Below are positions 38,701 through 47,900 of a DNA stretch of 64,000 nucleotides, in pieces. Made by a program: the position numbers and the translations under genes. The stretch is from Chloroflexota bacterium. Its GTDB lineage: Bacteria; Chloroflexota; Limnocylindria; P2-11E. Under the pieces are notes generated by a model. The model was not told the DNA's origin and searched no databases. It saw only the letters and a list, made by a program, of their open reading frames with translations. Positions within the stretch are counted from its first letter, which is position 1, and each line of letters opens with the position of its first letter. The stretch lies in contig VBDV01000111.1 of the NCBI GenBank assembly GCA_005882765.1, positions 49,545 through 113,544 on the forward strand, given 5' to 3'.

Positions 38701-40232
38701 TGTCAAGCACTCAGCTCGCAGGAAATGTGCTGAAGGTGACCGGCAACAGCCTCACGACCGGCACGGCGATCAACGTCTCGGCGACCGGGCTCGCGGCGGC
38801 CGGCAAGGCCGTCAGCGTCGTGGTCGGGACGGCTGGCACGCCGATCTTCGTGAACACCGCGAACCTGTACTCGGGCAACCTCGTCGACCTGCAGGTGAAC
38901 TCAGTCTCCAAGTTCAGTGTCGACCAGACCGGTCAGCTCACGCTCGCGGGGAATCTCCTCGTTCGAGGCGGGACGATCACCGGGCCAACGAGCGGCACCT
39001 TCACGATCGACAACGGCAGCGCGCAGCCGATCGCCATCGGCACGACGACCGCGACAACCATCAACATCGGCCAGTCGGGCCAGGCGCAGAACCTGCTCGG
39101 CAACGCGACCGTCTCCGGTACCCTCGGCGTGACCGGAAACTTCTCGGTGAACACCAACAAGTTCAACGTGACCGCGGCGAGCGGTAACACGACCGTCGCC
39201 GGCACCCTCGGCGTGACCAGCGACCTCACGGTGAACACGAACAAGTTCATCGTCACGGCACTGACCGGAAACACGACGGTGGGCGGCACCCTCTCGGTGC
39301 TCGGCGCGACCATCACGGGCCCGACGAGCGGCACGTTCAGCATCGACGGTGGCTTCGCCGGCGGCGCGCTCAACGTCGGTACCACCGCGAACACGGGCAC
39401 CGTCACGATCGGCCGCAGCGGTCAGACGCAGGCGCTCGCCGGTAACGCCACGGTCGTAGGCACGATCGCAGCGGGCGGCAACATCAGCACGACTGCCGGC
39501 GGCATCACGATCACCGGCAACAGCACGATTGCCGGCCTCACTTCGAACGGCGCCGGCAATGCGCCGACGTTCCAGGCCGCGGCGGGCACGGCGTCGAACG
39601 TGGTCGTGCTCACGACCGGCGCTACGAGCTACACCCCGAGCGCGGGCACGCTCGCGATCCTCATCGAGTGCGTGGGCGGCGGCGGTGGTGGCGGCGGTGC
39701 GCAGGGCAACGCCACGCCGAGCGCCTCGGCTGCCGGCGGCGGCGGCTCGGGCGCCTACTCCGTGGCGTACCTCGCGTCGCCCAGCGGCTCGTACACCGTG
39801 GCGATCGGTGCTGCGGGCGCAGGCGGCAACGGCACCAGCGGCGGCGCCGGCGGCACGACGACGTTCGGCACCTCGCCGAACTTCAAGTGCAATGCCAACG
39901 GTGGCTCAGGCGGGCTCAATATGGCTCTCGGCACGACAGTGACGTACCAGGCGGGCGGCGCGGGCGGGACCGTGACGGCCTGCACGCCGGCGTGCCTCAT
40001 GCAGTCGACCGGTGGCCCGGGCGAGTACGCGGTGCGTGCCTCGGGGAGCATCTCAGTGGCCGGGAGCGGTGGCAACAGCCACCTTGGCGGCGGCGGTTAT
40101 CTCGCCGGCACGGGCGCAGGAGGCGCGGGCACCTTCGGCGGCGGCGGCGGCGGCGCGAACTCGAACACCACGGCCAACAACGTCGGCGGCGCCGGCGGCG
40201 CCGGGGTGATCCGCATCACCGAGTACAAGTAA
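32775..40232 (+). CDS. giant 2485-aa membrane protein: REC – T2SSE_N-like – TM – FecR – collagen-like (~375 G-X-X triplets) – T/G/N-rich fibre-like region – C-terminal poly-Gly domain
   Basis: A single uninterrupted ORF. N-terminal IADDH...[13 protein letters not shown] NarL-type receiver (aa 1-120). A GspE-N-like domain (aa ~135-265). TM at aa ~291-313. FecR-like domain (TIFQGTVDV...GDTIRT). G-X-X from aa ~634 to ~1760. Then a β-rich repetitive region, and a C-terminal GGGGGGGG...[15 protein letters not shown]. Confidence 0.85.
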   Translation: MPKRILIADDHLAVREGLRSLIDPDPDFKVVGEASDGNEAARKALELRPDLIVLDNSMPGMTGLEVARMLRDNLPQTKIVFLTLDPGIRDLALATGAAAHVSKDQPPQEIMRVVRAAVGITTPKAQATQPSSAQAKLAELLISEKLLTSRQIQDLDRLRTGRQTLSNAILRSGLVDEESFANAVARVSGHPVTSLRVAPEAAVIRQLPRRFCELRAVALVEFGRTSATLAMADPLDEAAEREAKDMLGEIGLTVVTATLTEVRDAIHRAHAPALVPLVAVPTLPQKRTRRRLALVAVLAAALLLIATSTGVLLNQTTVVAARANLTIFQGTVDVRHGSANFVAASTNDLVEQGDTIRTASGGHAALTFFDRSLIVLEPDTQVVLETLRTVAGGRDIDLVLRQVTGKTWHVVAHSIGDGGRYEVLTPTSTNTVQGTAFQVRIDTVGRTVVSTTDGTVRTFGTDTAVPPVLVAAGMQSTVSQTGPSAASPITDPTLTFTFEDATQAFVVNAAGQAAGTKEGATLRYIPGSEIAQDNGRVVVTIPGSDAGRFSSIVAPKGDVAQVRIATVLNQGGNATTVTETRPVENGAAKGGVTVTGTTIVMLSDSAAKAATAPIVASAPPSPTPFNPLTLISQGPQGNLGPAGPVGLNGEPGAQGPPGPAGPTGATGAPGTAGARGVAGSAGAAGAAGADGVAGANGAPGSQGAAGAAGPAGLAGAAGPAGATGPSGAVGATGATGPTGANGLDGATGASGANGLDGATGATGVTGATGNNGVDGATGATGATGLDGATGAVGATGAIGAVGPTGPQGPTGATGATGAAGNNGVDGATGATGATGATGAVGATGAQGLTGVTGATGATGNNGVDGATGTTGATGATGSVGAIGPTGPQGPTGATGATGPTGAAGANGTNGATGATGATGAAGANGANGATGATGATGAAGANGTNGATGAIGATGATGAAGANGANGATGATGATGAAGAAGAVGPTGPQGPTGATGATGAAGANGTNGATGATGATGAAGAVGAVGPTGPQGPTGATGAPGANGSNGATGATGATGATGAAGANGTNGATGATGATGAAGANGSNGATGAIGATGATGAAGTNGATGATGATGATGAAGANGSNGATGATGATGAAGAAGAVGPTGPQGPTGATGATGATGAAGANGSNGATGATGATGATGAAGANGSNGATGATGATGAAGANGSNGATGATGATGAAGAAGAVGPTGPQGPTGATGATGATGAPGANGTNGATGATGATGATGAAGTNGSNGATGATGATGATGTAGAAGAVGPTGPQGPTGATGATGATGAAGANGSNGATGATGATGATGAAGANGTNGATGATGAAGANGSNGATGATGATGAAGAAGAVGPTGPQGPTGATGATGATGAAGANGSNGATGATGATGAAGAAGAVGPTGPQGPTGATGATGATGAAGSNGAVGATGATGATGAAGSNGAVGATGATGATGAAGSNGAVGATGATGATGAAGSNGAVGATGATGATGAAGSNGAVGATGATGATGAAGANGSNGATGATGATGAAGAAGAVGPTGPQGPTGATGATGATGAAGANGSNGATGATGATGAAGAAGAAGAVGPTGPQGPTGATGATGAAGANGSNGATGATGATGAAGAAGAVGPTGPQGPTGATGATGATGAAGANGAVGATGATGATGATGAAGSNGAVGATGATGATGAAGSNGAVGATGATGATGAAGSNGAVGATGATGATGATGATGATGVTGATGAGLSDVQQDGVSKGTQNTLNFTNGFTVTNTGSKIQIDGSGFVHTTGTESIAGDKTLSGNTTFTGTTTVNNATTTGTASSISTGNGLTTGQALNVSTGSSTFTNGNTQDNTNATRGFFYGGASNSYAGANTFSSTGNFTGTLVALTADQTTAGTVLGISAQNLTTGKALDVSLGTLYSGQTDTVGGYTIGAVNVRAQSFTGNVFNVSASGAASSTGNLANLSSTQLAGNVLKVTGNSLTTGTAINVSATGLAAAGKAVSVVVGTAGTPIFVNTANLYSGNLVDLQVNSVSKFSVDQTGQLTLAGNLLVRGGTITGPTSGTFTIDNGSAQPIAIGTTTATTINIGQSGQAQNLLGNATVSGTLGVTGNFSVNTNKFNVTAASGNTTVAGTLGVTSDLTVNTNKFIVTALTGNTTVGGTLSVLGATITGPTSGTFSIDGGFAGGALNVGTTANTGTVTIGRSGQTQALAGNATVVGTIAAGGNISTTAGGITITGNSTIAGLTSNGAGNAPTFQAAAGTASNVVVLTTGATSYTPSAGTLAILIECVGGGGGGGGAQGNATPSASAAGGGGSGAYSVAYLASPSGSYTVAIGAAGAGGNGTSGGAGGTTTFGTSPNFKCNANGGSGGLNMALGTTVTYQAGGAGGTVTACTPACLMQSTGGPGEYAVRASGSISVAGSGGNSHLGGGGYLAGTGAGGAGTFGGGGGGANSNTTANNVGGAGGAGVIRITEYK
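34674..38050 (+). repeat. ~3.4 kb of coding tandem repeat DNA (GGN-GCN-ACN/GGN... encoding G-X-X triplets) with higher-order ~45-aa periodicity
   Basis: Periodicity visible directly, e.g. recurring ...[45 protein letters not shown]... blocks. Confidence 0.85.
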
Positions 40233-40259
40233 GCTGCCGCGTCTCGTAGGCTCCGCGCG

Positions 40260-40775
40260 TTGAAGGACGCCATCGTCATCCCAGTCAGTGCGCTCCGCCG
40301 CATCTTCGTGACGCTTCTCGTACTGATCGTCCTGATCCTGCTCGTGCTCGTTATCCGCACGCAGCTCTTCCGCGCGGGCGTGGCCTCGCTCTTCGCGCCC
40401 AGCGCCGCCGAGGTGATCGATCGGAACGCCTATCAGGCCGTCTTCCTCACGAACGGTGCGACGTATTTCGGAAAACTCCAGCCACAGGGCGACGACTGGT
40501 TTCTCCTCACCGACGTTTTTTACCTCTCCGCGTCCGATCAGACCAGTACCCAGCTCATCAAGCGGGGCAGCGAGGCGCAGGGTCCAAAAGAGCCGATGAT
40601 CATCTCGAAGGAGCAGGTCCTCTTCATCGAGAACCTGCGCGACGATGGTGACATCGTCACGCTGATCAAGAAATTCAAGTCCGGCCAGGTCCCTTCGGCC
40701 AGCCCGCCGCCGGCGACTGCCGCGCCGACGACCTCACGACCTAGCGCGACCCCGAGCGCGAGTGCGTCCCGCTGA
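40260..40775 (+). CDS. small N-terminally membrane-anchored protein, paralog 1 of a 3-gene tandem family
   Basis: TTG start. TM (LLVLIVLILLVLVI). Conserved core YQAVFLTNGATYFGKL...VFYL...IKRGSEAQGPKEPMIISKEQVLFIENL. Confidence 0.55.
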   Translation: MKDAIVIPVSALRRIFVTLLVLIVLILLVLVIRTQLFRAGVASLFAPSAAEVIDRNAYQAVFLTNGATYFGKLQPQGDDWFLLTDVFYLSASDQTSTQLIKRGSEAQGPKEPMIISKEQVLFIENLRDDGDIVTLIKKFKSGQVPSASPPPATAAPTTSRPSATPSASASR

Positions 40776-40861
40776 GCAGGCTTCGTTTCGCGTACCGCCG
40801 CCCAGTCCGTTGGCTCCTCGAACATCGCCGGCGCCTTCGCGACGTCGCGCTCGCGCTCGTT

Positions 40862-41203
40862 GTGTTCGCCGCCGCACTGTTCTTCACGCAGTGGTGGGAC
40901 TTCACCGTCCCGGCGCTCGGCCGCGCGCAATACCAGGCGGTGTTCCTCACGAACGGTCAGACGTACTTCGGTCGCTACTACGACCGGTTCGGGGCGTACG
41001 CGAAGATCGAGGACGTCTACTACCTGCAGCAAGGACAGGCCACCGACTCGGGTGGCACGACGGACACACGAATCATCCGGCGCGGCCACGAGCTGCACGA
41101 GCCGAGCTCGCGGATGCTGATCCCGAAGTCGGCGATCCTCTTCGTCGAGGATTTGACTGACTCGTCGCCGATCGCGCAGTTCATGCAGCGAGACGCGCGA
41201 TGA
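40862..41203 (+). CDS. paralog 2 of the tandem family
   Basis: YQAVFLTNGQTYFGRY...VYYL...IRRGHELHEPSSRMLIPKSAILFVEDL. The first canonical start is GTG 40862, and the N-terminus may begin upstream at a non-canonical start. Confidence 0.5.
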   Translation: MFAAALFFTQWWDFTVPALGRAQYQAVFLTNGQTYFGRYYDRFGAYAKIEDVYYLQQGQATDSGGTTDTRIIRRGHELHEPSSRMLIPKSAILFVEDLTDSSPIAQFMQRDAR

Positions 41204-42102
41204 GCCTCTATGACCCCGAGCGCGATCGAGTACGGATCGCCGGCCGATGGCTCCGATGGGGACTCGCCTGGGTCGGCATCCCTCTCGTGCTCGGTGTTTT
41301 TGTATCCGCAAACGTCGACGTTCGGTCCCTCCCGCTCTTCGGGCCTGAGCGAATGTCCGCGGTCCTGTTCCTCGACGGTCAGGCCTACTTCGGCCATCTT
41401 GATGACTCGGGTGAGAACGGCACGCTCGTGCTGAGGGATGTCTACTATTTCAAGAACAGCGAGGGCGGGGTGACTGGCGTGCCGGTGGGCCTGGTTCGTC
41501 GCGGAACGGAAGCCCATGAGCCCGCCGACGGTATGCGCATCAACCGCGATCGCATCCTCGCGATCGAGCGCGTGGGTCCTATATCGGCCGTGGCGCAAGC
41601 GATCCAGGTGGAACGCGAGCTCATTCACGCTCCGCCGGGAAACGTGTCGCTCAACCGGACTGCGGTCGCGGGCGCTCCGGCATTGGCGGCCCAGCGGGTC
41701 GCCGCGGAGCACGACATCGCGCGGGCGTGGACCGCGGCGGTCGACCAGCTGCGCAAGCTCAACGATCTCGTTCTTCCAGTGACGAAAGCGGAGGCGGACC
41801 AGATCACCGCAAAGGCGATCGCGGACCTGCGAACCGTCCGCCAAAACGCGCTCGCTGCGCTTGCCGCGCAGGTCGGGATGTCCGCCGCGGAAGCGGATGC
41901 CTACGTCCGCGCGACCGATCCCCTCCTTGAGGGACAAAGCTTTTCCACTGACGCGGGGGTCCTCCTCGCCCCAGATGTCGACGCGATCGTCACACGGGCG
42001 ACGCAGCTCTATACGCAGGTCGGTGATGCGGCCGCGAAGCAGCTCACACAGGCGAAGACCGTCTCGCCGACGCCGACACCCACACCTTCGCCAAAGCCCT
42101 GA
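41200..42102 (+). CDS. paralog 3 of the tandem family (longer, with a C-terminal extension)
   Basis: ATGA overlap with paralog 2. TM, then AVLFLDGQAYFGHL...VYYF...VRRGTEAHEPADGMRINRDRILAIERV, plus a ~180 aa Ala-rich tail. Confidence 0.6.
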   Translation: MSLYDPERDRVRIAGRWLRWGLAWVGIPLVLGVFVSANVDVRSLPLFGPERMSAVLFLDGQAYFGHLDDSGENGTLVLRDVYYFKNSEGGVTGVPVGLVRRGTEAHEPADGMRINRDRILAIERVGPISAVAQAIQVERELIHAPPGNVSLNRTAVAGAPALAAQRVAAEHDIARAWTAAVDQLRKLNDLVLPVTKAEADQITAKAIADLRTVRQNALAALAAQVGMSAAEADAYVRATDPLLEGQSFSTDAGVLLAPDVDAIVTRATQLYTQVGDAAAKQLTQAKTVSPTPTPTPSPKP

Positions 42103-42123
42103 CGCCGAGCCAGGCCGGGCGAC

Positions 42124-42789
42124 CTAGCTGGCGGCGTTTTCTGATGCCGCGCCAGTGAGATCGATGAGCCTCGGGGCCGCGTCGATGTCGCTTTGGAACG
42201 CGAGCGCGATGGCCTGCGCGCGGCTGTGCACGCCGAGCTTGAGAAGGATGTGCTCGATGTGCTTCTCGACTGTCTTCGGCGTGATCACCAGATCACGCGC
42301 GATCTCCGCAGGATCGAGACCGCACGCGAGTAGCCGCAGGATCTCCAGCTCGCGCCGGGTGAGCCCGGCGACGACCGTCCGCGGGAGCGGGCGCGCGCGT
42401 CGCGCGAGGCGTTGTACGCGGGCGAGGAGCTCGTCCAGCACGAATGGCTTGATCATGTAGTCGTCGGCACCAAGCAACATGCCGGCAACCCGATCCATCG
42501 ACTCCTTGCGCTCGCCTGAAATCAAGATGATCCCAATGCTGTCGCCGTAGTCATCGCGTAGCCGCCGGCAGAGCTGATATCCCGAGATGTCCGGGAGATG
42601 CACGTCGAGCAGCACGACATCGGAGCTTTCACGCTGGATGAGGTACAGCGTCTCGCGCGCATCGGACGCGCGTCGCGTCATGAAGCCGTGCTCGGCGAGT
42701 GTCGTCGCGATGAGCTCGCAGATAACGGGGTCGTCGTCAACGACGAGCACTCGACCACGCGGCCGCCTGAGCGCTGACATAACGAGAAG
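42124..42789 (-). CDS. LuxR-type response regulator
   Basis: VLVVDDDP...VLLDVHLPDISG receiver and an LTRRELEILRLLACGL HTH. The start is taken at an internal Met, but the track ORF extends to 42903. Confidence 0.75.
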   Translation of the reverse strand, partial: LLVMSALRRPRGRVLVVDDDPVICELIATTLAEHGFMTRRASDARETLYLIQRESSDVVLLDVHLPDISGYQLCRRLRDDYGDSIGIILISGERKESMDRVAGMLLGADDYMIKPFVLDELLARVQRLARRARPLPRTVVAGLTRRELEILRLLACGLDPAEIARDLVITPKTVEKHIEHILLKLGVHSRAQAIALAFQSDIDAAPRLIDLTGAASENAAS

Positions 42790-43022
42790 GGCCACGCTTG
42801 CAAGAACCGCACCCAGGCGTGCTTCACAAGAAATATTGAGCGCAAGGACCGTATTTGATCGCATCGCTTGCCTTCGGCGTGCCCCGTACGACGTGTTCCC
42901 CATGAGGTCGTGCGGTGAAAAGCCGGTCGACGCCGCTCACTGCCTCGTGCGCGCGTTCGTAGCGTCCACGCGGTCGGCCCGCTAGGCCGACGAATTCTCT
43001 GCAAGGAGGCAGATCGGACGCA

Positions 43023-43727
43023 ATGCGAAACGCACTCACGCAGCGCATCACGCGATCGCGCCCGCGCGGATGGATCGCACCCGTCGTCGCCGTCATGGCT
43101 CTCGGCGTGGCGCTGCCCGCGAGCGTCGTCCTAGGTCGGGTCGAACCACTGTCCGCGCAGCCGGCCGCCGCGGCGATGAGCCCGGACACGGTTGCCATCG
43201 TCACTGGAGGCGGCACGGTGATCGTCACTGAGGGCACGATGAACGTCGTCGCGAGCTTCGGGCTGAACGCCCGGCGCCCTGACGGCTTCACCGGCGGCGG
43301 CATCGCATCAGGGCGGGTCAACTACGACGAGCACGCGAACGTGGCCAGCCGCCATGTGAACGCTCCGGTAGCGCTCATGCAGGCGGCTATGTCTGGGTCG
43401 CCGACGCCGAACGGCACCGGCGGCAGCGCGGCGATGTCGGCGGACTGCACGCCCCCGGCGGAATGCCCCTCGGGCTTCAACTCGGTGATCGTCTACGTCG
43501 AAGACAACGCCGACTCAGGTGCGACCTTCGATGTCTTCAAGATCTTCTTCTGCACATTTGGTCCGTTCCTCCCCGGGCCAACGTTCAACGGCAGCACCGC
43601 CCCGGCGAGCTGCATCGGGCCTGAGGGCAACACACTGCGCACCGGGAACATCCAGGTGCGGCAAACCATCACCGGCAGCAGCGCGAGCGTACCGACGGCC
43701 GCTCGTGCGCCGTTGCGTCTGCCATGA
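43023..43727 (+). CDS. secreted hypothetical protein
   Basis: Signal peptide, Gly/Thr-rich, no domain. Confidence 0.45.
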   Translation: MRNALTQRITRSRPRGWIAPVVAVMALGVALPASVVLGRVEPLSAQPAAAAMSPDTVAIVTGGGTVIVTEGTMNVVASFGLNARRPDGFTGGGIASGRVNYDEHANVASRHVNAPVALMQAAMSGSPTPNGTGGSAAMSADCTPPAECPSGFNSVIVYVEDNADSGATFDVFKIFFCTFGPFLPGPTFNGSTAPASCIGPEGNTLRTGNIQVRQTITGSSASVPTAARAPLRLP

Positions 43728-44239
43728 GGCCGAAAGGAGGAAATGACGTGATCAAACGAATCATCTCGACGATCCTCGCAGCGGCGGTCATTGCCAGCGT
43801 CGCTGTTGGATCCTCACGGGAGCGGGCAGCGGCCACCATCGGCGGCACAACGGTCGCGACCGCGGCGGGCGCTGGTGTCTTCCCGGCCGGGGCGAGCTTC
43901 AACGGCATCGAGCTCGCCGGCGGCACGTTTGGGGTTGGCACGAATAGCACCAGCACCGGAACCGCGAATGGCGATCTCGAGCTACAGCTCAACGGCAACA
44001 GCATCATCGGTTTAAGCCAGTGGATCACCGTCAGCGGCTGGATCACGCAGGCGACTCTCAACGCCGACGGCACGATCACCATGAATGGAACGGGCACCCT
44101 CGACATGGGCGATGGCACAGCGCCCACCGGGGGCCTGGCACTCGTAGCGAACCTAAGCGTGAGCGGCATCCAGGTCACCATCGGTGGGACAGCCCTGCCC
44201 ATGCTGCCCAGATCGGACGGATACATCTCGATCGAGTGA
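43724..44239 (+). CDS. secreted hypothetical protein (coupled to the previous gene by ATGA overlap)
   Basis: Signal peptide. Gly/Thr-rich β-type repeats. Confidence 0.45.
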   Translation: MRPKGGNDVIKRIISTILAAAVIASVAVGSSRERAAATIGGTTVATAAGAGVFPAGASFNGIELAGGTFGVGTNSTSTGTANGDLELQLNGNSIIGLSQWITVSGWITQATLNADGTITMNGTGTLDMGDGTAPTGGLALVANLSVSGIQVTIGGTALPMLPRSDGYISIE

Positions 44240-44260
44240 GCCCTGACCCTGCCTAACGAG

Positions 44261-44290
44261 CGATGCCGTGGGCCAGCGCCCACGGCATCG
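44261..44290. terminator. bidirectional terminator hairpin between convergent genes
   Basis: Perfect 13-bp inverted repeat CGATGCCGTGGGC-cagc-GCCCACGGCATCG. Confidence 0.55.
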
Positions 44291-44303
44291 TCGTTTCGCC
44301 AGC

Positions 44304-46940
44304 CTATTTCGTGGTGAAGGTGTAGTCCCCAGAGACTGCAAGCGTTCCGGCCGAGTTGCGGCTCAAGACCCGGTAGTGATAAGTCGTGAGTCGGGTCAGC
44401 CCGCTCAGCCTCACCGAATGGCTCGTCACGAGCGTCGAGTTGAGCGCGCTGCTGCTGCCGTATGCGGTCGTTGTCCCGTACTGGACCTGACTGTCCGTCG
44501 GCACGTCAGTCGTCCAGGTGACGGTCGCCGTGGTCGGATTCGGGGTCGTGTGCACATTGCTGATGACCGGCACGACGAGGTACTGGTACGTGCACGCGCA
44601 GGTCGTTGACTGCGTGTCAGGGTTGGTGACCACGATGCTCGCGACGCCCGCGGCATGCGGGCTGGTCGTTCCACTGATGGTCGTGCTTGTGACCGTCACG
44701 CCGGTCAAGGCGACGCCGCCTACGGTAGCGGTCGCGCCCATCTGGAAGTCGGAGCCACCGATGGTCACCGCAGCTCCGCCGGTGGTCGGTCCGCTCGTCG
44801 GCGAGATGGAGCTGACGGTGGACGCGTTCGACGGGTCATAGCTGTAGGTGCAGGTGCATGTCCCTGACTGCGTGTCAGGATTCGCTACGACGACGGTATT
44901 CGTCGCGTTCGGGGCGTGCGGTGCCGTAGTGCCGGTGATCGCGGTGGCCGTGACGGATTGGGTGCTGAGCGCTACCCCGCCGATGGTCGCGCTTGCGCCG
45001 GCTTGGAAGTCGGTGCCGGTGATGGTCACCGCCGTGCCGCCCGCCGACGGGCCGTTTACCGGCGAGATGCTTGTCACGGTGGGCGCCGGCGCGGGATCGT
45101 ACGTGTAGGTGCATGCGCACGTCGCGGATTGCGAATCAGGGTTGATCACGACGACCGCGTTGCCGGTGCTCGGCGCGTGCGCACCAGTCGTCCCGATCAA
45201 TGTGGTGCCCGCGGTCACGCCCACCCCGCTCAGCGCCACACCGCCGATCGTGGCCGTCGCGCCAGGCTGGAACGCGGTCCCGCTGATGGTGACCTGCGTG
45301 CCGCCTGATGACGGACCGTTCAGCGGGGTGATAGCTACGACCGTCGGCGGCGGCAGGCTCGAGCAGTTCGCGAACTTGAAGGTCCCGACGCGGGTGTGCC
45401 AGTTGAACGTGCCGCTTGCCGTGAGGTACTCGGTCGTGTACCAGAAGGTGCAGTCATCCACCGGATCGATCGCCATCGAGCTGTAGTCGCCCCAACGCTT
45501 GAGACCGGAGAGCTGCGATCCGGTGCCATTGATCAGGATCGTCTCGGCCATGAGGGTGCCGAGCGGGTCCGTTGGCGTCCGGCCGGTGTACACGATCGCC
45601 GGGTTCATCGTGGCGCTCGAGAGGCTGTAGCCGACCGCAATATCACCGACGCGGTCCATCGCCGCGCTGCCCATCCAGCGGTAGCGCGTGTCGGGCGCGT
45701 ACGTGCTCTGTTGGTAGGCCGTCGGCGTTCCGCCGGGGCTGCGGATCTCGTACCAGCGGACACCGCCGCCGCCCGCGGTCGGGGCGACGCTGTGGTTCAC
45801 GACGAGAGCTTCGTGGTCGCCGAAGTTGCGATAGGCGAGCCGGTACATGACCCGGTCGGCCAGCGAGTCGAGCTGCTGCGTCGTGCCGGCCTGCGGCACG
45901 CACGTGCCGCCGTTGCAGAGCTCGGTGTAGCCGGCGACCGGGATCGTGATCGGGCCGGTGAGGGTCGAGTTCGCGGAGTTCGCGAAGTCGACCTGGAACT
46001 TCCAGAGCGCGAGGCTCGACGAGTCATTGAGCGCAAGGAAGTAGTTCGGCGCTCCCGCGGGCGGCAACGTTTTTCCGTCGAGCGTCGAAGGGAGGAGTCC
46101 GCCGTACAGGAGGGAGAGGTGGAAGAGCTGAGCGGTGGCGGCCGCCCCGGCGAGCATCTTCGCGCGGTCGAATGCCCAAGTCGTCGCCCCGGCGAAGCTA
46201 TTCCCGCTGAAGTCGTTCGTAGACATGTAGTACGCATCCGGCCAGAGCCCGAGCTTTGGATAGTCGGGGAAGTAGCTTCGCGGGAACGAGTAGCGGTAGT
46301 AGGTACCGGTGGGATCGCCGGAGGTCGAGATCGCGATGCATTCGAGGTAGGGGACCGAGCTGCCGTTCGCGCCGGAGACCGCGAACTGGGTGATGAGCCA
46401 TCGATCGGCGAGCTGGTCGTAGACCACGCTCGGGTCGCCGTCGTTGTCCGTCTCGCAGAGCCCGCCGAAGCCTGTGAAAAGAGTGTTGATCTTGGCGGGC
46501 CCGTATAGCAGCGACCCCGTTTTGCCGAAGACCGCGAACGCCACGTTGACCGTTTGCACGAAGTTGTTCGGTCCGACCGCGCCGTTCGTATCGGGCGGCG
46601 CGTACTGAACGGTGAAGCCGGCAAAGCCTTGTCCGATGCCCTCGAACGAGGAGGACGCCGCGGGTGCCGCGGTGCTCACCGTCGATTGCACCGCGGTATC
46701 CGGCGCGCCCATCGTGGCCCCAGGGAAGCCATGCAGCGGACGCTCCTTCTTCGGCTGCGCGGCGTCCTCGGTCTTCGGGGGAATCGTCGCGAGGCGCGGC
46801 GAGACGTCGTTCTTCGAGGACTGAATGACTGTGACCCCATCGGGATCCTTTGCGACCGCAGGATCGGGAACCGCGAGCGTGAGCGCGAGCGCGAGCGCAA
46901 AGACGGTCGTGGACTTGAGCATTCCCCTCTTCTCCCTCAC
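44304..46940 (-). CDS. large secreted protein: unknown ~500-aa N-terminal domain + 3 IPT/TIG repeats + C-terminal fibronectin type III domain
   Basis: Signal peptide. Three near-identical ~85-aa repeats (...ISP.NGP..GGT.VTI.G..FQ.GA.ATIGGVAL...), also repeated at DNA level. C-terminal FN3 (...YHYRV...). Confidence 0.75.
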   Translation of the reverse strand: MREKRGMLKSTTVFALALALTLAVPDPAVAKDPDGVTVIQSSKNDVSPRLATIPPKTEDAAQPKKERPLHGFPGATMGAPDTAVQSTVSTAAPAASSSFEGIGQGFAGFTVQYAPPDTNGAVGPNNFVQTVNVAFAVFGKTGSLLYGPAKINTLFTGFGGLCETDNDGDPSVVYDQLADRWLITQFAVSGANGSSVPYLECIAISTSGDPTGTYYRYSFPRSYFPDYPKLGLWPDAYYMSTNDFSGNSFAGATTWAFDRAKMLAGAAATAQLFHLSLLYGGLLPSTLDGKTLPPAGAPNYFLALNDSSSLALWKFQVDFANSANSTLTGPITIPVAGYTELCNGGTCVPQAGTTQQLDSLADRVMYRLAYRNFGDHEALVVNHSVAPTAGGGGVRWYEIRSPGGTPTAYQQSTYAPDTRYRWMGSAAMDRVGDIAVGYSLSSATMNPAIVYTGRTPTDPLGTLMAETILINGTGSQLSGLKRWGDYSSMAIDPVDDCTFWYTTEYLTASGTFNWHTRVGTFKFANCSSLPPPTVVAITPLNGPSSGGTQVTISGTAFQPGATATIGGVALSGVGVTAGTTLIGTTGAHAPSTGNAVVVINPDSQSATCACTYTYDPAPAPTVTSISPVNGPSAGGTAVTITGTDFQAGASATIGGVALSTQSVTATAITGTTAPHAPNATNTVVVANPDTQSGTCTCTYSYDPSNASTVSSISPTSGPTTGGAAVTIGGSDFQMGATATVGGVALTGVTVTSTTISGTTSPHAAGVASIVVTNPDTQSTTCACTYQYLVVPVISNVHTTPNPTTATVTWTTDVPTDSQVQYGTTTAYGSSSALNSTLVTSHSVRLSGLTRLTTYHYRVLSRNSAGTLAVSGDYTFTTK

Positions 46941-47272
46941 CGACGACGCGTGTTGGCTGCGTGGGAGAGAACGGTATGGCGCGATGGCTGTCCTGTCATC
47001 AAGCGACGCCCCGATTGCCCGGCGACGCGACGGGCCGCCTCACCCCGGGACCGGCGGCGGGCGTCAGGCGAGGAAAGCCGAACCGACGGCCGGTTTCGCT
47101 CTCGTCGCAACTCTGACCAGCGCCGCCCGGGAAGCTCACGACGGGCCTCTCATCGCGCAGGTGCTCCGCGTGCTCCGGCGCGACCGCGGGGTTTGTCCGC
47201 GACGTTGGCGCTCGCATCTCCCCCGAAAGTCCGACGTTGGACGCACGAGCCCCCGGTTAACATCGCCGCGGA

Positions 47273-47830
47273 GTGAAGGGTCGACTGCTCGCGGGCGTTC
47301 TCCTTTGTGGTCTCGCGCTGTCCGCGTGCGGCGGCCCGGCGTCGGGCGGCGGGAATGAGACCGCCGCCGACGCGCTCAACCGCGGCCTCGCGGCGCACGC
47401 GGCCGGCAAGCTCGACGAAGCCGTCGCCGCGTACTTCACGACGCTTTCGAAAGACCCGAAGAACCAGTTCGCGTACTACAACCTCGGCGAGATCGCGCAG
47501 CGCCAGAGTCGCTTCGTCGCGGCCGAGTCCTATTACCGACTCGCGCTCGACCTCGACCCGAAGATGGAGAGCGCGCTCTTCAACCTCGCGATTGTGAGGA
47601 CGAACGCGGGGGCGACGGCCGACGCTGTCGCTCTCTACAAGCAGGTGATCGCCGTCAATGCGAACAACGCGGCCGCGCACTTCAACCTCGGGCTGTTGTA
47701 CCGCCAGCTCGGGCAGACCGCGGATGCGCAGACCGAGCTAGCGACCGCGCAGCGCCTCGACCCCAAGCTCGTAGCGCCGAGTCCCTCCGCGAGCCCGGCG
47801 CGACAGGTAACTCCGTCACCGACCAGGTGA
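47273..47830 (+). CDS. TPR-repeat lipoprotein
   Basis: LALSAC lipobox and 3-4 TPR units (YYNLG, LFNLA, HFNLGLLY). Confidence 0.75.
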   Translation: MKGRLLAGVLLCGLALSACGGPASGGGNETAADALNRGLAAHAAGKLDEAVAAYFTTLSKDPKNQFAYYNLGEIAQRQSRFVAAESYYRLALDLDPKMESALFNLAIVRTNAGATADAVALYKQVIAVNANNAAAHFNLGLLYRQLGQTADAQTELATAQRLDPKLVAPSPSASPARQVTPSPTR

Positions 47831-47900
47831 TCCGGTCCCGCCCGATCTAGCGCTCCCGCGTTTCCGGCGACTCGCGCTGATCGCGCTGGTCGCGATCCCG

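Noticed and set aside
42102-42124. Possible terminator between the convergent paralog 3 and the LuxR regulator
   Set aside because: Only weak, imperfect complementarity (CGCCGAGCCAGGCCGGGCG) and no T-run.
45396-46624. 370-aa + ORF and 275-aa minus ORF within the TIG/FN3 protein gene
   Set aside because: Antisense or out-of-frame. No motifs.
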